Of a stretch of DNA of 64,000 nucleotides, positions 45,903 through 54,218 are shown in pieces (position 1 is the stretch's first letter; each line of letters starts with the position of its first letter). Origin of the DNA: Bacteroidales bacterium (GTDB taxonomy: Bacteria > Bacteroidota > Bacteroidia > Bacteroidales > UBA12077); NCBI GenBank assembly GCA_963665525.1, contig OY762280.1, forward strand, positions 705,451 to 769,450, read 5' to 3'. Under the pieces are notes generated by a model. It was not told where the DNA came from. It saw only the letters and a program-made list of their open reading frames with translations, and did not search any database. The translations under genes were made by a program, and so were the position numbers.

Positions 45903-48317
45903 ATGTTTAAACATAATTTAATAATTGCATTGAGGAATATTGTTAAGTATTGGAATTATTCAATAATTAACATTGGAGGTTTAGCAATAGGTTTAGCTAG
46001 TTTTATTTTTATCGTACTTTATATCGATGATGAATTAAAATACGATCAACATCACGAAAATGCAGAAAGTATTTATCGTGTTAACAGGTTGTATAATAGC
46101 AATGATGTAGATGAAGATGCTGCAACTTTATCATTTCCAGCAGGGCCAACACTTGTTTTAGATTATCCAAATATTGTAAAAAATCAAGTCCGGTTTTTTA
46201 ATCAACTAAGAAACCAATGGTTTTTTGATTATCAAAAAAATGAGGATGAAATCATTCGTTTTAACGAACCACGATTTATGTTAGCTGATTCAACGGTATT
46301 TGATGTATTTACATTTCCGTTTATTGAGGGAGATCCGGAAACAGCTTTAGATAACCCTGGAACAATTGTTGTTACAGAATCAACTGCTAAAAGATATTTT
46401 GGTGATGAACCAGCAATAGGAAAAGTATTACGTGTTGAGGAAGGTTTAAATTTTGAAATAACTGGTGTTATAGAAGATTTACCTACTCAATCGCATTTTA
46501 AAATTGATATTTTAGGTTCTTTAAATACATTTCGTCAGTTTAATAGGAATGGACAGTTCCCTCAGACCTGGATATGGAATCCTTGTTGGACTTATGTTCA
46601 ACTACACGATGGCATAGATCCTGGAATGCTTGACGAAAGAATGCCAGAATTTTATCAAAATCATTACAATGATCTGCAAGATGCTGATGTAACTTTATAT
46701 TTACAGGCACTTACAGATATTCATCTTAAATCTCATCATGTATATGAAATGAGGCCTAATAGTAATATCGTTTATGTTTATATATTGTCTATTGTTGCAG
46801 CTATCATTTTAATTCTGGCATGCATAAATTTCATGAATCTGGCAACTGCCAGTTCTGCCGGAAGAGCAAAAGAGATTGGGGTTAAAAAGGTTTTCGGAAG
46901 TCATAAAAAAAGTTTGGTTTTTCAGTTTCTTGGTGAAGCTGTTGTACAAAGCTTTGTTGCTATGTTAATTGCCATTATCATTGTAGAGCTTTTACTTCCG
47001 GGATATAATAATTTTACCGGGAAAAATATTACTCCTTCCTTTTTGGTTGAGCTAAAAATACTTGGTTTCATATTAGGTGTTGCTTTTGTTGTAGGACTGA
47101 TTTCTGGTATTTATCCTGCATTTATTCTTTCTTCATTTAAACCTTTAAAAGTGCTTAAAGGAGCATTAAAAAGTGGAGCAAAATCAGGAACAGCCCGAAA
47201 AGTGTTGGTTATTGTACAGTTTTCTATTTCAATAAGTTTAATTATAGGAAGTTTGGTAGTCTTTTCTCAACTAAAGTTCTTACGAAATGCGGAGCTCGGG
47301 TTTAAAAAAGATCATATTATTAACATTAGAAGAGTAGGGCCTTTGTTTAATAACTATGAAGCTTTCCGACAAGAACTATTAAGTCATAAAGATATTGATT
47401 TTGTTACCGGTGCAGAAGATTACTTAGGAATAAACCATAATACTCGTGATTATGAGGTTGAAGGACTTACTCCGGGACAAAGGTTTTATATTCCAACTTT
47501 TATGGTAGATTGGGATTTTATAGAGGCATTTGATATAAAGGTAGTTGAAGGACGAGCATTCTCTCGTGATTTCCCTAGCGATACTATCAATGCAGTAATG
47601 ATCAATGAAACCATGGCGAAAGATATGGGATGGTCGAATGCTGAAGCTATTGGTAAAAGAATTACTTCTAGAGATGGCGATGAGAGAGTAATTGGAGTTT
47701 ATAAAGATTTTAATGCCATGTCGTTACATCGTCCGGTGAATAAGTTTATTCTGGATATGTTCCGAAGACCAGATGTTTTTGCACGCGTAATATCAGTTCG
47801 GTTTAGCTCAAATAATTATCAAGAAGTGGTTAAGCATATTGAGAAAACATGGAATGATTTTGTTCCTACCAGGCCGTTCGAATATCAGTTTTTCGATCAA
47901 CAGTTAGATGATCTTTATAAAGATGAGTTGAAATTTGGTAGATTCTCTGTAATGTTAACTATTCTGGCTATTATAATTGCAAGTATGGGACTTATTGGGT
48001 TAACATCATTTTTGGCAGAACAACGAACAAAAGAAATTGGTATTAGAAGAGCTTTAGGGTCTTCAACAGGTGGAATTATAGGATTAATGGCAAAAGAGTT
48101 TTTATGGTTACTACTTGTTGCTAATGCTATTTCATGGCCAATAACTTACTATTTTACAACAAACTGGTTGGAGAGTTATTCAAAACATATAAATACTAAC
48201 TGGGGGATTTATGTTCTTTCTGGTATTCTTACCATGTTTATAGCAATGTCAATAATTACATACAGAGCATATAAAACAGCATTATTGAATCCTGCACAAA
48301 CTTTACGTTACGAATAA
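45903..48317 (+). CDS. MacB/FtsX-family permease 6, double FtsX module, no ATPase domain, no adjacent two-component system
   Basis: 804 aa. N-terminus LIIALRNIVKYWNYSIINIGGLAIGLASFIFIVLYIDDELKYDQHH, two TM1-loop-3TM halves, C-terminus NPAQTLRYE. Confidence 0.85.
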   Translation: MFKHNLIIALRNIVKYWNYSIINIGGLAIGLASFIFIVLYIDDELKYDQHHENAESIYRVNRLYNSNDVDEDAATLSFPAGPTLVLDYPNIVKNQVRFFNQLRNQWFFDYQKNEDEIIRFNEPRFMLADSTVFDVFTFPFIEGDPETALDNPGTIVVTESTAKRYFGDEPAIGKVLRVEEGLNFEITGVIEDLPTQSHFKIDILGSLNTFRQFNRNGQFPQTWIWNPCWTYVQLHDGIDPGMLDERMPEFYQNHYNDLQDADVTLYLQALTDIHLKSHHVYEMRPNSNIVYVYILSIVAAIILILACINFMNLATASSAGRAKEIGVKKVFGSHKKSLVFQFLGEAVVQSFVAMLIAIIIVELLLPGYNNFTGKNITPSFLVELKILGFILGVAFVVGLISGIYPAFILSSFKPLKVLKGALKSGAKSGTARKVLVIVQFSISISLIIGSLVVFSQLKFLRNAELGFKKDHIINIRRVGPLFNNYEAFRQELLSHKDIDFVTGAEDYLGINHNTRDYEVEGLTPGQRFYIPTFMVDWDFIEAFDIKVVEGRAFSRDFPSDTINAVMINETMAKDMGWSNAEAIGKRITSRDGDERVIGVYKDFNAMSLHRPVNKFILDMFRRPDVFARVISVRFSSNNYQEVVKHIEKTWNDFVPTRPFEYQFFDQQLDDLYKDELKFGRFSVMLTILAIIIASMGLIGLTSFLAEQRTKEIGIRRALGSSTGGIIGLMAKEFLWLLLVANAISWPITYYFTTNWLESYSKHINTNWGIYVLSGILTMFIAMSIITYRAYKTALLNPAQTLRYE

Positions 48318-48339
48318 ATATACGATAGTATAGAGAAAT

Positions 48340-48389
48340 AGCCTTTAATCGATAAGTTTTACCGCTTAAAGATTAAGGGCTTTTCTTTT
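48340..48389 (+). terminator. Candidate terminator after FtsX permease 6 (long loop)
   Basis: Stem AGCCTTTAATC (48340-48350) / GATTAAGGGCT (48371-48381) with one mismatch and a 20-nt loop, followed by TTTTCTTTT. Confidence 0.4.
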
Positions 48390-48432
48390 GCTTTTGATAA
48401 ATTACTTTTGAAATAAAACAATAGAAAAAAGA

Positions 48433-49956
48433 ATGTTAAAAAACTTGATAGTTATATTACTTCTTGTTCTTAGTCCATGTTTGTACGGACAGAACATCAT
48501 TGAAAAAGCAAATTTAATTGCAGGAAAATACCATGTGGGGTTTCAGTTGAAAGAATACAAAGATTATTCGCGAACAGCAATTTTGAATAGTAAAGATGTT
48601 ACTCTTTTGGCAGAAGAGCAAGCTCGAACAATCAGGATGTATATGTGGTATCCGGCCAAAAGTAATCAACAAGAACCAAATACCGTAAAAGACTTTTTTA
48701 CGAAACAAGTTGAGGACTTTGGAAAATTAGATCAAAATAAATTAGAAGAGATAATTTATTATGCTCCTCAGTTTAATCGAATTCCAAAATCGAAAGTAGA
48801 TAAGCTCTTGATGCAAGAGTGCGCATCAGTTGATAATGTTTCATTTGCTGAAGGTAAATTCCCGGTTATTATTTTAGGGCAAGGTTACTACTACGAATCG
48901 CCAATATCGCATTTGGTTTTGTGTGAATATTTGGCCAGTCATGGATATATCGTGATGACTTGTCCATTGTTTGGAACAAATTCGAAAGCTGTTGAGCTTA
49001 ATATGATCGACTTTGAAACTCAAATTCGAGATCTCGAATTTCTGATGTCAAAAGCTAATGAATTACAAAATGCCGATTTAAATAGTATAGCGGCGCTTGG
49101 TTTCGATTTGGGAGCCATGTCGGCTACTTTAGTACAAATGCGTAATTCGAATATAAAAGCACTTATAACTTACGATGGTGGAATTATGTTTGAGCATAAT
49201 ACAACACAATTATTGAATCCTTCTCCATATTACCAACCTGAAAAATTGGATGTGCCAACTATGATATTTACAAGAACAATTGAAGGTAATATACAAATGG
49301 GACTAAAGGAGGATAGCACCATATTTCATCATTCGCCTTATGCAAAAAAATATTTAGTTCGTACCGAAGGAATGAAACATAACTATTATACTTCGCTACC
49401 TGTATTGGGAATTGAAAGTCGTCCATCACCTGAACTTGCTATTAAAGCATATCCTATAATTTGTTCTTATACATTAAATTTTTTCGATTTTTATTTAAAA
49501 AATAATGAAAAAGGATTGCAGTTTATTAAAGATGATCCAACAAGATTTAATGAAGATGGGGTTCATATATCTGTTGAAGAAATTGAGGCAAAAGAAAAGC
49601 CTATTAATTTAAGCATGTTAGAATATGCAATATTGAATGGAGAAGTCGATGATGGAATAAGTCTATACCACAAGGCAAGATCTAAGAATCAGATTATTTC
49701 TGAAGAAAAGCTTAACAGTTTAGCGTATCTTTTTTTATATAATTACGGACGTCCTCACGATGCCATATCAATTTTTAAACTAATAATTAGTGAATATCCA
49801 CAATCGGCTAATGCTTACGATAGCTTAGGAGAGGCTTACCTTTACACAAAAGATTATACCAAGGCCAAAGAAAATTATCAAAAATCATTGGATTTAAATC
49901 CTAAAAATGCCAATGCAAAAAGAATTATTAATCAACTATCAAAATTAAACATATAA
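48433..49956 (+). CDS. Secreted alpha/beta-hydrolase-fold protein (dienelactone hydrolase / PAF-acetylhydrolase-like) with C-terminal TPR repeats
   Basis: 507 aa. Signal peptide. RMYMWYPA and VIILGQGYYYES blocks typical of this fold. The nucleophile-elbow position reads GFDLGA, not GxSxG. C-terminal TPR (ANAYDSLGEAYLYTKDYTKAKENYQKSLDLNPKNANA). Confidence 0.5.
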   Translation: MLKNLIVILLLVLSPCLYGQNIIEKANLIAGKYHVGFQLKEYKDYSRTAILNSKDVTLLAEEQARTIRMYMWYPAKSNQQEPNTVKDFFTKQVEDFGKLDQNKLEEIIYYAPQFNRIPKSKVDKLLMQECASVDNVSFAEGKFPVIILGQGYYYESPISHLVLCEYLASHGYIVMTCPLFGTNSKAVELNMIDFETQIRDLEFLMSKANELQNADLNSIAALGFDLGAMSATLVQMRNSNIKALITYDGGIMFEHNTTQLLNPSPYYQPEKLDVPTMIFTRTIEGNIQMGLKEDSTIFHHSPYAKKYLVRTEGMKHNYYTSLPVLGIESRPSPELAIKAYPIICSYTLNFFDFYLKNNEKGLQFIKDDPTRFNEDGVHISVEEIEAKEKPINLSMLEYAILNGEVDDGISLYHKARSKNQIISEEKLNSLAYLFLYNYGRPHDAISIFKLIISEYPQSANAYDSLGEAYLYTKDYTKAKENYQKSLDLNPKNANAKRIINQLSKLNI

Positions 49957-49967
49957 GAACTTTTAAG

Positions 49968-51122
49968 ATGAAAACTTTGAATACGCTAATTGTTATGTTG
50001 TTATTTATCAACTCTTTCGGGCAGCCAGAAGATTTGAATAATAATACTTTTATTAAATCGGATCAGGATTTTGAGCCTGCCAGAACAAATACGGTTGGAT
50101 TAGCTGATTTAGATTCAGACGGTGATTTAGATGCTGTTTTCGCCAATATGGGTTTTAACGATTCTCGAATTTTGCTAAATGATGGGAACGGGAATTTTAC
50201 ATATACAAAACAGAAGTTAACGCAGCAAGGTCATGGTACAGGTATAGGAGATATAGATGCTGATGGCGACCTAGATTTGATAATTCCATGTGCAGGATTT
50301 GGCTCAAAAGATAATTATAGGCAATTATCTACAAAAATTTATTTGAACAATGGAGAAGGTTATTTTACAGATTCTGGGCAGAGCCTGGGAGATTCTTTAG
50401 AGTCTGGTAATGGAGTTAATTTAATTGATATTGATTCGGATAATGACTTAGATGCTCATATTTATTATTATTCAACAGAAACGAATTCTCATTATCATCG
50501 AATTTATTTGAATGATGGTAAAGGTAAATTTACTCTTAGTAAGATTTCCTTTAAAGAAGGATATAACATAACTTGGGGAGATTTGGATAATGATTCAGAT
50601 GTAGATGCCTTGGTAAGATACTATGGAAAAGGAATATTATTATTTACTAATAATGGTAATGCAGAATTTACCGAATCCTGGATTATAAAAGATACTAGTA
50701 TTTATCGTGGAGGTACTGGTTTATGCGATTTTGATGATGATAAAGATATAGATATTATAGTGACACGAGGAACAAGAAAGAATCCTGAATCAACAGTAGT
50801 GTTAATAAACCAGGGAGATGGTATTTTTAAAAAGATGAACAAGGAATTGCCAGTTTTATCTGCTGCAGCTAAATTTTTATTTGCAGATCTTAATAATGAT
50901 GGAAATATGGATACATATATTAGAGGATTTTTTAGGCCTAATCTAATTTGGATGGGTGATGGGAAAGGTAATTTTATTGAAACTGAAATAAAATTATGTG
51001 ATAAAGAACCAACCGGAACTTGTGGCTTAGGCGATTTGGATAAAGATGGTGATATAGACATTTTTAATGCCTTTTTTGGGAATGGATCAAATAGTGTTTA
51101 TTTTAATCAAACAATAAAATAA
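49968..51122 (+). CDS. Secreted FG-GAP/VCBS-repeat (integrin-alpha-like 7-bladed propeller) protein
   Basis: 384 aa. Signal peptide. Seven Ca-binding-type DxDxDGxxD loops: DLDSDGDLD, DIDADGDLD, DIDSDNDLD, DLDNDSDVD, DFDDDKDID, DLNNDGNMD, DLDKDGDID. Confidence 0.75.
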   Translation: MKTLNTLIVMLLFINSFGQPEDLNNNTFIKSDQDFEPARTNTVGLADLDSDGDLDAVFANMGFNDSRILLNDGNGNFTYTKQKLTQQGHGTGIGDIDADGDLDLIIPCAGFGSKDNYRQLSTKIYLNNGEGYFTDSGQSLGDSLESGNGVNLIDIDSDNDLDAHIYYYSTETNSHYHRIYLNDGKGKFTLSKISFKEGYNITWGDLDNDSDVDALVRYYGKGILLFTNNGNAEFTESWIIKDTSIYRGGTGLCDFDDDKDIDIIVTRGTRKNPESTVVLINQGDGIFKKMNKELPVLSAAAKFLFADLNNDGNMDTYIRGFFRPNLIWMGDGKGNFIETEIKLCDKEPTGTCGLGDLDKDGDIDIFNAFFGNGSNSVYFNQTIK

Positions 51123-51128
51123 AAAGAC

Positions 51129-51941
51129 ATGAAACAACAGATTAGAAGATGGTTAACGATTAGCTATTTATTAATAGCATGTACTCCAATTTCTTATAGC
51201 AATCATCCGGTAAATGATAATTCATCGGGACAAGAAATAAAAGTAAGCATCATATATGACAACTATGATTTTAAACCAGGCTTAGAATCAGATTGGGGAT
51301 TTTCGTGTTTAATTGAAGGATGTGAGAAAACTATTCTTTTTGATACAGGTGCAAGAGGAAGAATCTTTAAACAAAATTTTGATGCTCTGAATATTGATGC
51401 AAATAAAGTTGATTATGTAGTTATATCTCACGATCATTATGATCATGTGGATGGCTTAGAAGTATTTATTGAAATGAATAAAGAAGCTTCAGTTTATATG
51501 CTGCATGAATTTTCTAATAAGGTAAAGAATATTGTTGAAGACTTGGGAGGTAAAATTGTATATGAGCCTGAAATTACAGAAATATGCAAAAATGTTTACT
51601 TGAGTGGCGAACTTGGGAATAGAATAAAAGAACAATCATTAGCTATTGATACCCCCAATGGTTTAGTTATTATAACAGGTTGTTCGCATCCGGGAATTAT
51701 TGAGATATTAAAACATTTTAAAATAGAATTGACTAAAGAAATTTATATGGTTTTTGGAGGTTTTCACTTAATGCAAAAGAATAAAACCGAAATAGATCAA
51801 ATTATTACAGAAATGAAAGCCCTTGGAGTTCAAAAGTGTGGAGCCACACATTGTACAGGTAAGAAACAAATAGAAATGTTTAAAGAATCTTTTGGCGCCG
51901 ATTATGTCCAAATGGGTGTTGGTAATTTGGTTGAATTATAA
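51129..51941 (+). CDS. MBL-fold metallo-hydrolase (MJ0301-like subfamily) with signal/lipoprotein N-terminus
   Basis: 270 aa. HxHxDH motif in VVISHDHYDHVDGL. The upstream block IIYDNYDF...DWGFSCLIEG..TILFDTGA is typical of this MBL subgroup. Confidence 0.7.
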   Translation: MKQQIRRWLTISYLLIACTPISYSNHPVNDNSSGQEIKVSIIYDNYDFKPGLESDWGFSCLIEGCEKTILFDTGARGRIFKQNFDALNIDANKVDYVVISHDHYDHVDGLEVFIEMNKEASVYMLHEFSNKVKNIVEDLGGKIVYEPEITEICKNVYLSGELGNRIKEQSLAIDTPNGLVIITGCSHPGIIEILKHFKIELTKEIYMVFGGFHLMQKNKTEIDQIITEMKALGVQKCGATHCTGKKQIEMFKESFGADYVQMGVGNLVEL

Positions 51942-51950
51942 ATAGATCGT

Positions 51951-53093
51951 ATGAAAAAAATAACCTTTATTCTTTGTTTGATTTTAACAAGTAAGATTTA
52001 TGCACAAAATGTAGGAGATGATATTGTAATTGGAAAATACGATCGAGTACATTCAGAGATTCTTAACGAAGATAGATTACTTTTAGTTAGTCTTCCAGAT
52101 GGCTATGATAAAACGAATATTGATTATCCTGTTGCTTATCTGTTTTATGGCGATCGGATAATGCAATACTATGCTCCTACAATATCCGAAATTGATAAAC
52201 TCAGTTCGGATGGTTTTATGCCACAAATGATTGTTGTTGGAATTGGAAATACTGATCGATATGGTAATTTTTTACCTAATAATAGAAATGGAGTTAATGC
52301 AGGGGTTGATGATTTTAGAAAATTTTTAAAAGAGGAGTTGTTCCCTTTTGTCGAGAATAAGTTTAGAACTAAAGAATCGCGTATATTTATTGCGCCACAA
52401 GCTTCTGGGGTATTTAGCATGAATGTCATGTTCGAAGAGCAAGATATGTTCGATGCTTGTTTTATGAATAATCCGTTTCGTTGGCCTTATAATCGTGAAT
52501 ATTTATTGAATAAAAGTTTAAAATACTTTAATTCAAACCCTGAGGCTAAGAATTATATCTATGCATCATTTAATTTAAATGATGAGCTTGATAAAATTGG
52601 GTTAGAATATATTCGAAAATGGGAAAAGCAAATCGATTCTTTAAACCTTAAGAATTTTCATGTAGAGGTTAATTTTCAATCAGAAAGTAATGATTTTGTA
52701 TCATCGCTTGAACTTAAAGATGGGTTAAAAAGTTATTTTAAAGATTATATTTTCCCTAATGATGTAAAAGTTGAAAGTCTGGCAGATATTCAAAAATTTT
52801 ATAAAGATTTATATTCTAAATTTGGGTATGTGCCTGATGAACCGGATGTTATCATGACATTGGAAAGTGATAAGTTACAGCAGAAAGGAGAAGTGGAAAA
52901 ATCAAAAGAAATATTAAACTACATTCTTTCAAAATATCCTGAATCGTTAAATGCCTTATATCGTTTGGCAAATATTTATCGCGAAGAGGGAAATACAGAA
53001 AAAGCGATCGAATATTATACAAAGTGTGTTGAAATTAATGCTGATATGGCACCTGCTCGTAGGTGGCTCGAAACTTTACAGAAAAAGGAATAA
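51951..53093 (+). CDS. Secreted esterase-family alpha/beta-fold protein with C-terminal TPR repeats
   Basis: 380 aa. Signal peptide. YPVAYLFYGD and MIVVGIGNTDRY blocks resemble the putative-esterase family. The closest thing to a nucleophile elbow is PQASGVF. C-terminal TPR (LNALYRLANIYREEGNTEKAIEYYTKCVEINADMAPA). Confidence 0.5.
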   Translation: MKKITFILCLILTSKIYAQNVGDDIVIGKYDRVHSEILNEDRLLLVSLPDGYDKTNIDYPVAYLFYGDRIMQYYAPTISEIDKLSSDGFMPQMIVVGIGNTDRYGNFLPNNRNGVNAGVDDFRKFLKEELFPFVENKFRTKESRIFIAPQASGVFSMNVMFEEQDMFDACFMNNPFRWPYNREYLLNKSLKYFNSNPEAKNYIYASFNLNDELDKIGLEYIRKWEKQIDSLNLKNFHVEVNFQSESNDFVSSLELKDGLKSYFKDYIFPNDVKVESLADIQKFYKDLYSKFGYVPDEPDVIMTLESDKLQQKGEVEKSKEILNYILSKYPESLNALYRLANIYREEGNTEKAIEYYTKCVEINADMAPARRWLETLQKKE

Positions 53094-53125
53094 ATCGTAC
53101 TGTAATTTAAATACTATCAACTAAA

Positions 53126-53163
53126 TTTAGGGATCATTAACAGAGTTAAAAATGATCCCTAAA
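53126..53163 (+). promoter_or_regulatory. 13-bp perfect hairpin/palindrome whose 3' arm contains the AraC-family gene start codon
   Basis: TTTAGGGATCATT (53126-53138), a 12-nt loop, then AATGATCCCTAAA (53151-53163). The ATG is at 53152-53154. No T-run follows on the plus strand, so it is not a canonical terminator. Confidence 0.5.
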
Positions 53164-54084
53164 AATCGATATCAAAAAGAATATATTTATAGAATCAATA
53201 AGGTTGTTGATTACATTGATGCAAATCTTAATCAAGAATTAAATCTTGAAATTCTGGCAGAAGTTGCCAATTTTTCTCCTTTTCATTTTCATAGAATTTT
53301 TACTGCTTTTACCGGTGAAACTTTAAATGGTTTTGTAAAGCGTATTAGAGTTGAGAAAGCAGCTAGTTTATTGTTAACTAATGAAGATTGGACTATAGGA
53401 GAGATTGCATATTATTGTGGTTATAACAGTGCTTCAGTATTTAGTAGAACGTTTAAAAGTCACTTTAAAATGAGTGCACAGGACTATAGAAAAAGCATGC
53501 TTTTTGAATTTAGCAAGAATGGTCAAATCAAAAGCAAGAAGGATAAACAAGAAGATTCTTCCGATAACTACATTCGTATGGTAGAATTTAACGAAAAATG
53601 GAAGAACATGATGAAAACAAACATTGAAGTAAAAGAAATGCCGGCACTGGATTTAATTTATTGTCGACACATTGGTCAATACGATCAAATAGGTAAAGCT
53701 TATGAAAAATTATTTAAATGGGCAGGACCAAGAGGATTATTAAACTTTCCTGAGACCAAGACAGTAACTGTTTATCATGACGATCCTAAGGTTACAGATA
53801 TTGAAAAGGTTCGTCAGAGTGCTTGTATTACGGTAAATAAGGATGTAAAACCAGAAGGAGAATTTGGTAAACTAAATGTTCCTGCCGGGAAATATGCCGT
53901 TGGTCGATTCGAGATTGATGTTACAGAATTTGCTCAGGCTTGGGATGCCATGTGTATTTGGGTGTCGGAGAGTGGTTATCAACCTGCTGATGAAAATCCT
54001 TACGAATTGTATTATGCCGATCCTGAAAATCATCCAGAGAATAAATTCGAACTGGATATTTGTATTCCCGTAAAGCCTTTATAA
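53152..54084 (+). CDS. AraC-family transcriptional regulator with C-terminal GyrI-like (Rob/SbmC-type) effector-binding domain
   Basis: 310 aa. AraC HTH (FSPFHFHRIFTAFTGETLNGFVKRIRVEKAASLL ... GYNSASVFSRTFKSHF). C-terminal ~150 aa with GyrI-like hallmarks (VKEMPALDLIYCRHIGQY ... YELYYADPENHPENKFELDICIPV). Confidence 0.8.
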   Translation: MIPKNRYQKEYIYRINKVVDYIDANLNQELNLEILAEVANFSPFHFHRIFTAFTGETLNGFVKRIRVEKAASLLLTNEDWTIGEIAYYCGYNSASVFSRTFKSHFKMSAQDYRKSMLFEFSKNGQIKSKKDKQEDSSDNYIRMVEFNEKWKNMMKTNIEVKEMPALDLIYCRHIGQYDQIGKAYEKLFKWAGPRGLLNFPETKTVTVYHDDPKVTDIEKVRQSACITVNKDVKPEGEFGKLNVPAGKYAVGRFEIDVTEFAQAWDAMCIWVSESGYQPADENPYELYYADPENHPENKFELDICIPVKPL

Positions 54085-54090
54085 TAAGAA

Positions 54091-54121
54091 AAAGACCGAA
54101 GTTAATTAGACTTCGGTCTTT
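54091..54121. terminator. Bidirectional intrinsic terminator between convergent genes
   Basis: 12-bp perfect stem AAAGACCGAAGT (54091-54102) / ACTTCGGTCTTT (54110-54121) with a 7-nt loop. An A-run lies upstream, and the 3' arm itself ends in TCTTT, followed by T at 54122. Confidence 0.75.
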
Positions 54122-54218
54122 TAATTTATAAATGCTGCCCTTAGATTTAATGAATAGAGTAATAGAAAATGACTGTGTTTTAAATCCGGGGCAGCATTTG
54201 CTTAAGCATCGTTAATAA

